Assembly: GCF_000981445.1 (NCBI RefSeq)
Contig: NC_027218.1
Location: 2,542,001 to 2,606,000 of the forward strand
Length of the DNA stretch: 64,000 nt
Origin: Babesia bigemina
Taxonomy: Eukaryota
Direction: 5' to 3'
The notes below the pieces were generated by a model that ran no database searches, was not told where the DNA came from, and saw only the letters and a list, made by a program, of their open reading frames with translations. Made by a program: the position numbers and the translations under genes. This document shows, one piece after another, positions 41,661-53,684 of the stretch (position 1 is the stretch's first letter; the number at the start of each line of letters is the position of its first letter).

Positions 41661-43892
41661 ATGAGTGTGACGCCTGATATTTCTGACGCCCTAGAAGGCG
41701 TCTCGGAAGAAGACGCACGCCTCATTGTCCATCTGACGTGGCTCTATGGAGGATATTCCATGAGGAGCAGGAAAAAGCCGTCCACGCCTACACGAGATAC
41801 TGGTGAAAGCGAACTCTCGCCTAAGGTCGCACGGAGCAAGACAAAAGCGTCACCTGTGAAGACCGAACGCCGCACGACGAGCAAATCAACACGTCCGAAG
41901 CAAGACGAAAAGAACGCAAACGGAAATAAGCCGGAGAAACAACAGACTGGTCGTATAGATGATGCTAAAATCGCAGATGTGGAAGAATCGTTTGCCTTGG
42001 GAGATGTAGACAATAAAACAAAGGATGTAGACACCTCACTCAATGGACTACGGAACGGTTGGCAAAATGGCCCCGACTCACAAAGCACGGAGGCCACAGA
42101 GGCTTCATCTGGATCTGGAGCGGATCTGTTAAATGACGAGTATTACTACGACTACTTTGTGAGGGAAAAGGACACAATGATATTAGACCGTAGAAGGCCA
42201 CGGTGGGCAAACGGGCTTACTCTCAAGGATAAGATAAACAGGTTTTTCGAATCAGGCGTAGCCACTCGCACAGAAGTTTGCGATGGAACGCCGACAACGC
42301 TATCTATTTGTAACCAATTCGAGCTCTCTAACCACGAGGCCATGGTTGCAGATGTGGACCGTGTACATTACTATCGCGCTGCCATCTTCTGGTCCGGATA
42401 CAATACCAGCGATAACTCTGAGGCGGAAACAACGACTTCTGCGCTCGTACAGACGGATTTCGAAGTGGATGGGCGGAAGCATTCGGATCATTTCGAGGCT
42501 GGGTCAGGAGAATCCGGCCAAGAGGATGCAAACTCGCCGCATCCCACCACGCGATGTAATTCCGGCGAATTATATCCAAACAATCCCCTGAAAAGTTATT
42601 GCGCGGACAAAAGGGTTCTGGAAATTGGAACGGGCCCCATGTGCGTCCTTGCAATGAATGCGCTGAATGCAGGCGCCAAATTTGTGGACGCCCTAGAGGT
42701 GTCAACCAGCGCTGCGAGGCTCGCTTCGAAACTCATGGCAGCGTACGGGGTCTCTGACAAAATAAGGGTGTTCAATTGCCATTCGAAAAACTTCTTTTTC
42801 GACACTGCCTCTTTCTTCGGGCTGAAGCGGGAGGAATACGCGGGGATGACAGAAATCGATCTCCCAGCCAACCCACCGTATGACATGATCATAAGCGAGA
42901 TCCTGGGTGACTTCTGTTCGCAGGAAGGTGTGGCTGACGTGTTCTTGGACATGCAGCGACGCATATTATTCAACAAACCCGAATACCTAAGCAAGGTTAA
43001 AAGCATACCCACCGCAGCCGCGACAATGTTCGTACCTTGCGTGTTCCCAGACGCAGATAATGTAGTAAACAAGGCAAGCCTTCACGATGAGATGACTATT
43101 TTTAGTCCCACGCTGAAGATGCTGCAAAGCGTGGGACTTCGCATTGACAACCTGCCGCTGTGTGAGCCATGGCAGGTGCTCGAGCAACTGCGATTCGAGG
43201 AGTGGATGCAGCCACAAATGTGTCAGCACTTCGAATCATCCTTTACCATCAGCAGCTCTGGGCCCATGTGCGGATTCCTTATCGGAATCGATGTGGAAAT
43301 CAGGCCCAACGAACACTTCGGCACGAAGTTCGGGCACTGCGAATCCTGGTATTCTAACATACTCCTGTACGACAAGGAGTACATGGTCTACTCCGGTGAT
43401 GTAGTTCTAACAAGAAGCATCGCAAACCTCACCAATTACGTGGCGGCCAATTGTCTCGGCGATAAAATTGACGTCTCGAGACCGTCTTACTCCGTAAGGT
43501 CCTACATTCTCAGCCCAGTGAACTCCTCTGACTGGGATGTAGAAGACGACGAGGTGTTCAACTACACTGCACCGTTCGGGTCGAGGCGCATGAAATGCCC
43601 TTGCATCTCCGACGCCGTGCCGGAACCCGTCACCAAGGTTCCCGTGAACTCGCTTGCACAACTAAGCCGAGACGTTGTCAACAGCGAGTGCGCAGAGCCG
43701 GAGGACTGGCTCAGCAACTACCAGTGGGTGCGCATCGGGGACAATCTCTACAAAATTAGGATTCGTCCACATGCAATAACCATAGACTACGTTGAGCAAA
43801 CGTCGGCCAGCTTTAGCCAGGTGCCATCAGGCAAGCGGAAGTTGCCCACGGACCCTCCGAGGCGATACAAACTGGTGAAGCCTAAGCCGTGA
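41661..43892 (+). CDS. SAM-dependent protein arginine methyltransferase-like protein
   Basis: HEAMVAD..R...YRAAI, VLEIGTG motif I, AGAKFVDALE, YDMIISEILGD (double-E loop-like). Confidence 0.8.
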   Translation: MSVTPDISDALEGVSEEDARLIVHLTWLYGGYSMRSRKKPSTPTRDTGESELSPKVARSKTKASPVKTERRTTSKSTRPKQDEKNANGNKPEKQQTGRIDDAKIADVEESFALGDVDNKTKDVDTSLNGLRNGWQNGPDSQSTEATEASSGSGADLLNDEYYYDYFVREKDTMILDRRRPRWANGLTLKDKINRFFESGVATRTEVCDGTPTTLSICNQFELSNHEAMVADVDRVHYYRAAIFWSGYNTSDNSEAETTTSALVQTDFEVDGRKHSDHFEAGSGESGQEDANSPHPTTRCNSGELYPNNPLKSYCADKRVLEIGTGPMCVLAMNALNAGAKFVDALEVSTSAARLASKLMAAYGVSDKIRVFNCHSKNFFFDTASFFGLKREEYAGMTEIDLPANPPYDMIISEILGDFCSQEGVADVFLDMQRRILFNKPEYLSKVKSIPTAAATMFVPCVFPDADNVVNKASLHDEMTIFSPTLKMLQSVGLRIDNLPLCEPWQVLEQLRFEEWMQPQMCQHFESSFTISSSGPMCGFLIGIDVEIRPNEHFGTKFGHCESWYSNILLYDKEYMVYSGDVVLTRSIANLTNYVAANCLGDKIDVSRPSYSVRSYILSPVNSSDWDVEDDEVFNYTAPFGSRRMKCPCISDAVPEPVTKVPVNSLAQLSRDVVNSECAEPEDWLSNYQWVRIGDNLYKIRIRPHAITIDYVEQTSASFSQVPSGKRKLPTDPPRRYKLVKPKP

Positions 43893-44201
43893 TAGAGGTG
43901 TGCTGAAACTCAGCAGACCTGCCGCCCCCAATAGTCTGCGCACTCGCAACCATTGAACTCCAGAGGGTCAGAAACAGTGCCATATTTAGAATGAAGCTCA
44001 AGTTTAGCAACAACGATTCAAACGTGTGGCGTATGTGGCGTCATGACGACACAAAGCTAATTCCTACATCTCATTCGTTTCAATGACACCTATCGTCTTC
44101 ATGCGATTTCTTCACAACTCCACGTAGCGCTGGGGCGTCCTTATCTGCCTCTCATCGTGTGAGGTGTCAATGGTGAGCGTGTGCCTGTAGTGATGGATCC
44201 G

Positions 44202-44696
44202 TCAAACGGTACACCGTCGTCTCGCTATTCCTGGTGCCAGAAAGGCGCGCCAAATAAAAACCACCAGATGCAACACCAACAACAATGGTGTTCTTAGCTG
44301 GAGATATGCACTTGCTGGCGTCGCAAGCAAAACAAATGCAATGATTCATCCCTAACCAAAGCAACACTCAGAATACGATAATATATTAGGTTGTCAATTG
44401 TTGGCTCCACTACCTGCGGATGGTGTGGATAACCGTCAAAACCACGAAAATCATAAAAGTAGCTGCGTGGTTGTGATAGTTGATCAGAGCCTCGGCGTAA
44501 GGAGTGGCAGGATCAAATCCACCCATCTGTGTTCTCCACCTCTGCGGCGCATCCGCCCTGCACAAAATGGCTGTGTTATCAAATCTCGAACTTACCGGGC
44601 CGGGAAATGCTTGATAGACGGGATTTGAAGCCTGCTGCGTATGCTCTGCAGCAAGCTCTTGCGGCTGCCACCGTTGCTGGCGCCGCCGTCCGACAT
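44202..44696 (-). CDS. Possible small spliced membrane protein
   Basis: ATG 44696 (MSDGGASNGG...), gtaagt donor and tgcag acceptor give an open second exon (…ATFMIFVVLTVIHTIR); possible last exon TPLLLVLHLVVFIWRAF. No recognised homology. Confidence 0.35.
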
Positions 44697-45987
44697 CGTA
44701 ATTAATAGTAATTGGGAAATGTTACGCCCCGTGAAAGTTGTACTTTCATAGGGTTTGAAGCGCAGGGGCTCGTTGTTCGACGACGCGACGAGTGGGGACG
44801 CACATTAGCAAACAGGGGTCTTAAGGACTGTGAAGTGTATAATTTCCTGTGAAATGTAATTAAACAAATGTGCGCTAGGCGTCGGGCGGATTTCGCTACT
44901 GCTTAGCGTCGGTGTTACGATGTTTCATACCGAGCCTATGATGTCGTCGATATAGGCGTCTTGGTTTTTTACTGATAATGGGTTCTGTGGACTGGTAAAA
45001 ACATGCTATGTCGATATATATGGCAATACACGGACAGTTGTGCGTTTGCTGGTGCCGTCATAATGTTACAACGATAACAGCCTTGTGTCCATAAACTGAA
45101 GAGAGATATGCGATACCCCTCGTGGCAAAAAATACGCGCTTACACAAGTTTTACAGTCGATTGGTATGTGTGTGCTGCTGGCATTGGTTTGTCGCATAAG
45201 TATCTAAAACGCTCTCAGCGGTTGCAGCATAGGAACGCAGTCCTACAAAATATACCAATACGGCCAGATAATCCGTGTTACAGTTCACGAAAAGTACAAC
45301 TAGGTTGTCTCGACTTTGTTACTAAAATCCATTCTATGCGGGCGAAAATGGAAAGCGAAGGAAACCTATGAAGCCAGTGACAATCTACGCCAATGCAATC
45401 TATCTTTCACCGTAGAGGTCGCAATGAGCGATTATGGGCGGAAATTTTGTATTTAGTGTTAATAATGAATATATCAATGTATAAGCAGAACACATTTGCT
45501 AATAGACGATGGCAAAAATAGGCCATTCTTCACTCCCTGACTTGTTCGTAGAGAACGACAGCGCCTGCGTATGAGCCAGTTTTCCTCGACGCGCATTAAA
45601 TCTAGAAACGTGGCTGGCGATATAATAGTAGAATTCCGTAGGTAAGAAGGCTGGGAATACCGTCTGAGTTCCCGATGGTTGTCTGGCGGTGGAACATAGT
45701 GAATTGCAAAACCACATTATGATCAGCAGTACATGCCTACATGGAGAGAACGCATAAATAACTAATTCACAGCGATGTGTGAACCTATTAACGCAGTCGG
45801 CGCGACAATACTGGCCAAACTTTTGTGCCATCATCCGCTAAACCAAATGACAAATAAGGAGTAACATTTGCAACTCTAACCTGAAATCATCGAATTATAC
45901 AGGGTGTATAGCTTAGTGTATGTACCTCAATTGCCAAAGACCGCCAATGTGCGCCCATTTTTAAGAACGTGGTACGATAGTCACAAA

Positions 45988-47013
45988 ATGAAATGTGCTT
46001 CGTGCCTTGTAGAGCATCCAGCTCTCAGGCGGTCGGTTAATAGGCTGCCATATTGTAAGAAATGCTTTGTGGAGGCTTTTGAAGACGAAGTATACCAAGT
46101 GATCCAAGAACAAAAACTCATTGAGGATGGAGATGTTGTTTGCATCGGAGTTTCGGGAGGCAAGGACTCGTCGGTACTAGCACATGTTCTCGCCACTTTA
46201 AAGGAACGGTATAAACGAAATTGGACATTGGTGCTGCTTGCTGCGGACGAGGGAATTAGGGGATACCGTGATGATTCACTTAATGTAGTGATGAACATGA
46301 AAAATCCCAACTACAAAGAGCTGATGATTTTGAACTTCAAAGATAGGTTCGGATTTACGATGGACGAGATAGTGTCGCTCATTGGGCAGAAGAACAACTG
46401 CACAGTATGCGGAACCTTTCGTAGGCAAATTCTAGAAATCGGCGCAAGGCTGCTTGGTGCCAACAAGCTCTGCACGGGACACAACCTCGACGATAACGCG
46501 GAGACTACGCTTCTCAACTTTTGCAGGAACGATCTATTTAAACTGGCCAAGAGCCTAAATGAAAGATCAAATGCATCTATCGCAGCGCGTCAGCCTGACG
46601 AACATAATGCAGAAACTCGGCCACACGAAGATTCGAAAACAGAGAGCAGCAACGGAACGGCATTTACGCGCATAAAGCCCATGATGTATTGCTACGAAAA
46701 GGAAATTGTAATGTACGCCAGATATCTGGGACTGGAGTACTTTTCTACGGAATGTTCCTATGCCCCGGAAGCATACAGAGGGTATATGAGAACGTTCATA
46801 AAACAACTGGAGGCCGTTGATCCACGAATTATACAGAACATAGCGCACTCTTCACAACATTTATATGCGCATTATCCAACCAACCGAGAACTAAAATCGT
46901 GCAAAAAATGTGGTATAGAGGGTTTAAATGATCTATGCAAAGCTTGCGTAACCGTTGAGAAGTTATCATCGCTTGCGAAAAAATCGCAAAGTAATTCGAA
47001 CATTTGGGCCTGA
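45988..47013 (+). CDS. CTU1: Cytoplasmic tRNA 2-thiolation protein 1 (Ncs6)
   Basis: N-terminal CxxC pairs, PP-loop SGGKDS, DEGIRGYRDDSL, NCTVCG.FRRQ, TGHNLDD.AET, YEKEIVMYA, C-terminal CxxC. Confidence 0.95.
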   Translation: MKCASCLVEHPALRRSVNRLPYCKKCFVEAFEDEVYQVIQEQKLIEDGDVVCIGVSGGKDSSVLAHVLATLKERYKRNWTLVLLAADEGIRGYRDDSLNVVMNMKNPNYKELMILNFKDRFGFTMDEIVSLIGQKNNCTVCGTFRRQILEIGARLLGANKLCTGHNLDDNAETTLLNFCRNDLFKLAKSLNERSNASIAARQPDEHNAETRPHEDSKTESSNGTAFTRIKPMMYCYEKEIVMYARYLGLEYFSTECSYAPEAYRGYMRTFIKQLEAVDPRIIQNIAHSSQHLYAHYPTNRELKSCKKCGIEGLNDLCKACVTVEKLSSLAKKSQSNSNIWA

Positions 47014-48266
47014 ATGTTATTACACCGTTAAAACTCGTGATAATTAAGTAGATGTTGTGACTATTTACGCTTCATGGTTTTGCGGCATAGTTTATTATGC
47101 GTGCATCATTGAAAACGTCCATCTCACACCCTACATGTGGCGAATGAGCATTAGTGTTACATTTTCAAATACGATAAGCACGGGTCAATACATGTTTGTA
47201 GGCCCTCGTTACACGTTTTACCCCTCCGATGGTAAACTTCGATGAATGTCTTAGTGGTGCATACACAACTAACCATAAACTGAGTTTTGACTTCATTAAT
47301 AACGTACAGAGTGGCTGAATATGCGCATAAACATTGCACAATAAGAATCCTTGCGTGTTAGCTCATTAATAAGTATGTTGGTAAATTCAGTTTATTGCAC
47401 AACATGAATCAGTACGTGGAAGAATGACCGAGACATGTACGTCACAGATGAACTTGAGTCTGCAAAAACGTAGTGCCATATAGCTGATAACGTTCGCACT
47501 AAGTGGTGTCACGTGTATTTGCAAGACAGGCTACGCAACTAAGGTTGTTACATGGAGATCGTTCAAACAACTCACAACGCTCTAGTTGCTTTAAAATTCG
47601 ATAAACAACCTGAAACCAGATAGTGTAACAACACTACAATCTATCCCCGTGTGTATTCGTAATTGTGCCCAGGCAGATGGCACCGGTGACGTTCGGCAAG
47701 CGGACTGCGTTTGACCAGCAGCCTACGCCGATGGTTGTTGGTGATGAGCCATTGTATAGTATTTTGTGTCTCTAGTGATAAACGTTTTGAGATGGCGCAC
47801 TATACATTTGGAAACCGAACGATTTTAAGTTCTGGGTGGTGCGAGTATGTGGTGGAATGCGACAATCACGGAATTTAGTATACTTTAATATACAACCTGT
47901 AAACCATCGTAACCTTGCTAACATTGATGTGTAATTGCAAATACTGCTAAAATTCCCAAGTTAAGTATGATTTATTTTGGAGGAAAATTGGATACTGCCA
48001 AGACATGCGTTGTGGATACTGCATGTCACCTTCACTTTGTGGATCTGGCTGCGATGGGCCAACATTGTCGCCATAACGTCTCCATTGCCTGTACGGCTCT
48101 CGCATAGACAGCTTTGCATATCTCATTTATAGACGCAGACATTGGAAGGCAACAGCACTAGTGTTGTGCTTACCCGCAATAAATACAGCTGTTTGTACAG
48201 CATATTGCAAATAGACACATATCCATACACACATATCAATAGTATATTTCAACGCATCAACACAGA

Positions 48267-49028
48267 ATGGTATACACTTCGTTGACTGAGGCTCCTCACA
48301 ACCTCAAGGAGGCTATCGACTGGTTGATGGCTGTGAAGGGAACTGATGGAGAGAACAACTTGAAGGCTCTGGGTAAAGCAGTTTACGATGTACTCGCAGA
48401 CAAGCCTATCGGAAAGGCGGAGCTGCCGGCACTCGAAAAAGTTAAGCCCATCGCCAAAAAGTTCCTGGAACACAAGGATCTTAAAGGCCAGTGGTTCGTA
48501 AGAATGCTGATGGATAGATACAATCGGCCTTTGAATAGATTCACCAACAGAGTCGTTAAATCCATGATATATATTACTGACAGCGATTACAAAGATGCCA
48601 TAAAGGGACAGCGTCTTACCGCTGGAAATATTGGAAAGAAAATAGGTGAAGTCGTGGATGGTTGTGGAAAGTTATTGGATGGCGTAAAAAACCACGACAA
48701 GTATAAATCTGCTTACAGTTCGGAGGCTACATGGGATGCGTCGTGCTCAAAAGACCCGGAAGCCTGCGCAGTGGTCCTCGTGGGAATTGCACCAGTGCTG
48801 TTCGTAGGCCTACGTTCTTTGTTTGATGCGGTCCCCGGTAGAATCTTCGGAGTTGCGAGGCCTAAGGCCAAAGGAAATTCAGAAAAAATATTGACTGCCG
48901 TTGGTTATGAGCTACCGCAAAGGCGCAGTGAAATTCTTGGTGCAGAGTTGCTCAACGCATTAGAAGGCGTAAGTACTGAAGTGTTGACCACAATATACGA
49001 CCTCGCTGGGTTCTGGGCTTTCTATTGA
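48267..49028 (+). CDS. Short ves-family protein (ves2/VESA-like, 253 aa)
   Basis: MVYTSLTEAPHNLKEAIDWL start, YKSAYSSEATWDASCSKDPEACAVVLVGIAP and the IYDLAGFWAFY end are characteristic of the short Babesia ves-related family. Confidence 0.8.
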   Translation: MVYTSLTEAPHNLKEAIDWLMAVKGTDGENNLKALGKAVYDVLADKPIGKAELPALEKVKPIAKKFLEHKDLKGQWFVRMLMDRYNRPLNRFTNRVVKSMIYITDSDYKDAIKGQRLTAGNIGKKIGEVVDGCGKLLDGVKNHDKYKSAYSSEATWDASCSKDPEACAVVLVGIAPVLFVGLRSLFDAVPGRIFGVARPKAKGNSEKILTAVGYELPQRRSEILGAELLNALEGVSTEVLTTIYDLAGFWAFY

Positions 49029-51316
49029 TGGACATTGGGCAGGAGAACTGTACAAGTAGATTGGCGAAACCAGATTTATCTTCCGTATTTCGAGTGAGTT
49101 GTCATCAGGCAAACCCCCGCAAGACCTAAATGAATGACATGTGGTCCACTCATGCAAATTATTCCAACTTCGTCAATTACATTGTTACCGTAGAATAAGG
49201 ACGAAACAGTTCTCAATGTCCCTGTAATCGGTTTCGTGCTGTGGTCTGGCGGGCTGTTGTTTGTACGTCACGCTCCACTGCCCGCATACACGACTCAGAT
49301 TCATGGAGTCACGCAATTTATGAATGACAACCTACACTGCTTTGTGTATTTTTATGTCGACGAGAGATCTCCACCGCATTGTCTTGGCTTCGCAGCGTAC
49401 TGGTTGCAGAGCTAATGGGTGCCTCTACCACGAAGCATATAACCGCTGATGCATGTGTACATAACGACGCAACATTTTTGCTATAGTCACGTTCCTGCGC
49501 TTCCGCTATGCTATCACGCCACGTTTATGCGGCCATTATGGTGATTTATGTTGTGTTCTTCAGGTCTTGGTCTTATGTACCATTTGCTGGTCGTGCCGCG
49601 CACGGCGCTGCTGCGTGGTGGACCCCGGTTTGAGATGCCTGTAACCCGCAGTTATCAGATACATACACAAAAGAAGTTGGCGGTATTTTCCTTGCAACTG
49701 CAGTATTCATCTTCTTGATCTGGCATAAGTATCCTGGTCAGTTACGCAGGCTATTTTATGAACTGCGTGCTGCCGTTGCCAAAGAGCCGGGGCATTCTGA
49801 TGCATCTACAAATCATCTTGTCGGTGGATGTATTGCCGTAGGTATTGATTTCCTCCGCCATCCCGTCAGAAAGGCTAGGGTACATTCACGTGGAGCATGC
49901 GTTACCTAAATTACAGCATCTGGCGTAAATGTAGTAGCTTTTATCGTCAAGCGGTCCTACTTCCAGCTCTATAAACGCGTGTTGGGGTATACTTTACCGG
50001 TTCCATGCATCTGCAACCTTTTACTCCCTCCCTCCACACCCCCTTATAACACCCTATAACTCTCAAAGGTTAAGAGGCTTTTTGTGGTGGCAAACACCGG
50101 TAACTGGACACATGCCCTCACATCACGTATTGTCTAATAAGACACGAGCTATGAGGTCCGTGCAGATAATTACACACTGCTTATCAGAGATTACCTTAAC
50201 TCAGAAAACGACCATTATGCCAAGTGCGACAACGGTTCGAATAACCGTGGTTACCGATTTTACAGGCACTGGAGAGCCATATCGTTGCTTTGTATCGCGT
50301 AAATTGGCAATTTATCGGTCATCTCTTGTTCCGCATAATTCACCAGAGGGTTCTCTGTCATCCGTGACCTACTGCGGCTCGTTGGGCTCTGTTGGTAGTC
50401 TGACGTGCTGTAACTGACTAATGTTATAGTTATGACGGTCTTCAAATAGCTCCAACCTGAACACTAGGTTCGGCGATACTCGTTCCAACTCCCCAGTTAA
50501 AGTCTGTTTAGGATCATTGCGTACTCTTCAAATGCTTGTTCCAGCTCACGTTGCTTACTTCATAATTCGATATGTTGGTGAGATGTGTGATTTATTGGTC
50601 CCAGCCTGTCGCTGAGGACGTTGTAGTGCTTTTAAATATCCGATGTACCTTAAACCCGTATATACTCTTCACAATGCCTGTCGTAGTTATATTACATATC
50701 CTCTGGGATTATATTTCGTATCGCTGTTGTAAAGGTACGTAACATGGCACCCGTTTTCCTGACTGCTGCATGAACTCTATATAACCGTATGGATAATAAG
50801 CGATCGTTGACCCATTTTAGCGTCGTTTCAATTCCTGCTTCGGTAACTGGCACACCTGCCGCTTTCTCAATATCTACCCATGCTGAAGCGCTCACTGAAT
50901 ATGGTTTCGATGCTTCTGGGGCTCCCCGCCTTATCCTCCGATGACCGTGATCTTGAGAGTCAGTCGATGTTGGTGTTTGAACTGTATATTTCCGAAATAG
51001 CTTTTTTCCTTCTTGTTCTATCTCTGTAAGACGATGCATTATCGTATTTCAAGATGTCCGATGCTACCTGTTCAATGCCTTTGAATTGCTCTTCGAGATT
51101 CGTCAAAGCGTTCTGCAGTTCGGCATACCTCTCCCGTGTTAGGTTTTTCCTTTTCAGGCCTCTAGTTAATGCACGATATGCATATAATCTTGCTTAATTT
51201 GGTGCAACGGCCATGCAAAGTGCCGATATGATTGACCTAATGCATGTGTTTATAGCACCCCTGTTGTCAAAACGGTTAGACTAAAAAATAATGTATTGAC
51301 TTTTGTGTCCCTAAGC

Positions 51317-51437
51317 GTTGCCGGCCATACTGCGTCGAAAATACCGGATCCCATCCGAACTCCGAAGTCAAGCGGCGCTAGGCCGGGTTAGTACTGGGGT
51401 GGGGGACCGCCCGGGAACCCCTTTCGGTGCCGGCAAC
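51317..51437 (+). rRNA. 5S rRNA
   Basis: 121 nt; terminal helix GTTGCCGG/CCGGCAAC, GGCCATAC, CCGGATCCCATCCGAACTCCGAAGTCAAGC, TTAGTACT, GGGGACC..CCGGGAA. Confidence 0.96.
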
Positions 51438-52373
51438 CTATTTAATCTATCATTTTACAAATGTTAAATAAGATTCTATTGCTATTATATGTGGAATAGG
51501 CTTATGCAAAACACTATGTAAATGTGGTATCAGCCACGAAACAAAGGAGGAGGTGCTCCCATATATGCGAGGGTACACGATGAGGGTGGTGGACTGGGTG
51601 CACTGTGGGGGATGGACTGACGAGTTATTGTCTTAGCATTAAACGCCGTTAATGACTATCATATTTACAGATATTCTGCCTTAAAACTTCATACCACCTA
51701 TATACGCACGCGGATGGAAGATACGCAGTTAAATTTGGTAAGGAGGGCACGATGGAAAAAACGTCAGAGCCCAAGTATGACCCAAAACAAATGGTTATAA
51801 AATATATATAACGTAAAACAGACGTCTAATGTGCTTTGGAAGGAACGTAAGTGCCCGAACTGGATTTCAACGCATCCTCACTATACCTGGCAAGCGGGAT
51901 TTTCAGCCTGTAGACAGAAGCACAAACCGTGACTGTGCAGGACACAAACATGCAACCGACGTCATTTTAAAACAAATGTTCAAGGTGAAAAGACGGTTGC
52001 AACTGAACTCACGTGGCTACTAACTGGACGGAAAAGCTGTATACAGAATACACCCAGGGCATTCTCAATTACGTTTTCATACCATATATAGTGGCGGATG
52101 TGCCCATTTTGTTAATTGTAGGGCATTCGTATTCGATGATATGAAACGTATTGACGTATGCTTACACAGGCTAAGGAAGCTCTGTTTACAGGATGTTGTC
52201 GTGGGTGGGTTTTGGAGCGCAGACATAGTGGCGCTGGATGCGTATTAAAGAACGTTGTGGCATGTTTTTCGCCATGCGACGCAGAAACATACATACAGTT
52301 GGACACTATTATATTGACATGGCAAGTGGCATTACTACAGAATTCTATTTGCACTGCGTGCCGCTAGAAGAGA

Positions 52374-52547
52374 TTATTGGAGTTTAGGCTTGGAATCACG
52401 GAACCCGTCACGTATTTGGCCGAATATTTCTCCGAGGCTTACGTTGTATATTTTACCCATGATGTAAAGGACCAAGAGAAAGACGGAGATGCCTAAAGCA
52501 AGGCCACCAATAACGGAGCCAACAGCGGCTTTCGCGTTATCATCCAT
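52374..52547 (-). CDS. Small single-TM protein (57 aa; below the ORF-track cutoff)
   Basis: MDDNAKAAVGSVIGGLALGISVFLLVLYIMGKIYNVSLGEIFGQIRDGFRDSKPKLQ*; clear paralogue of 6408-6620. Confidence 0.72.
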   Translation of the reverse strand: MDDNAKAAVGSVIGGLALGISVFLLVLYIMGKIYNVSLGEIFGQIRDGFRDSKPKLQ

Positions 52548-53134
52548 ATTTCTCTAACTTACATTACAGTCAACCATCCACAGTTGTTAACAACTTACCT
52601 CAATTCTTTAAAGCTCTTGACCAACTGAAGATACAGAATGCCCATACCCCCACCCCTATCTTGCCATCCGCCATTTGCTGGGGCAAACATAAATCCGGAT
52701 ATCCCAACGCTGACATGTTATGAACATACCCTCCCGCATGCATCAGTAAGACATTCCGATTGTGATGTAACGACGCTGCAACTAACGATACAGTGTCTAC
52801 GAGAAGCGCCAAGTCTGCCGGACATCTGCTTTGTTCAACCCTGGTTATTCCGATGTGACCAGCTCCCCTGAATTCCTAGTTTGTTGTTTCTTATCAGTAC
52901 AATGCAGCCACTTAGCACGCCACTATACAGCACCTCTCACTCACATGTCACTTGCTAACCTTAAAGATGGTCCAGCACGTCACATGGTGCATCACCCGTC
53001 AGGTGACGGTCTGGATTACCACCCGATAAGTTCCACTTTTTTCTTGAGATGAGATCACCAACACCAACATATTAATCAGCACTACGCCATCCCAGCAAAT
53101 CTCCGTTCCCTAACATCTTGCCGGTTAGGAGACG

Positions 53135-53336
53135 CTATACTAGAGTAGAGGGATAGGCGGTGCGTGAGGCGCAGGTTTTGCATCCGTTCTCAAACTCCTT
53201 ATTGCAAGCACCATCGTCTGCGTGTTTACGATGCATAAGCCACAAGCCATCAATCAATATGAAAATGATGGCGATGATGAGGGCGACGGCGGCGATGGCT
53301 TGGGGGGACGGGTGTTACGTTCACTGCACTGCTCAT
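53135..53336 (-). pseudogene. MSSAV-type micro-TM ORF with a +1 frameshift in a C6 run
   Basis: Removing one C gives MSSAVNVTPVPQAIAAVALIIAIIFILIDGLWLMHRKHADDGACNKEFENGCKTCASRTAYPSTLV*; homologous to 7146-7397. Confidence 0.55.
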
Positions 53337-53446
53337 GTGATTGCTCATCAACGCGATCATTACTGTCTAGACATTCAATGCCAGTTGCCAGTTAGGTGAT
53401 CGGTGGAATTTGGATTAACAATTTCTGCGCTAACAAATTGCTGAGA

Positions 53447-53614
53447 TCAGCTGTAGAACGCGATGCAGAACGGTATCTTGCGTACGAGGAAATCGCGGAT
53501 GTTGCGGCCCACCGGGAAGCGGAAGATGCACAGGTCGAGCAGGATGATGGCGACGATGATGGCAACGATGACGGCGGCGATGGCGGAGGGGGAAGTAGTT
53601 ACTTCACTGCTCAT
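53447..53614 (-). CDS. MSSEV micro-ORF consisting only of the TM and tail of the Cys-rich family (55 aa)
   Basis: MSSEVTTSPSAIAAVIVAIIVAIILLDLCIFRFPVGRNIRDFLVRKIPFCIAFYS; alternative ATG at 53626. Could instead be an alternative last exon. Confidence 0.6.
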   Translation of the reverse strand: MSSEVTTSPSAIAAVIVAIIVAIILLDLCIFRFPVGRNIRDFLVRKIPFCIAFYS

Positions 53615-53684
53615 GTAATTGATCATCAACGCGATGATTACTGTCTACAACATTAGATGTCAGTGGCCAGTCAGGTTTTTGTGA

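Noticed and set aside
45100..45834. Minus-strand ORF 45499-45834 and downstream pieces
   Set aside because: No consistent gene model or homology could be built by eye.
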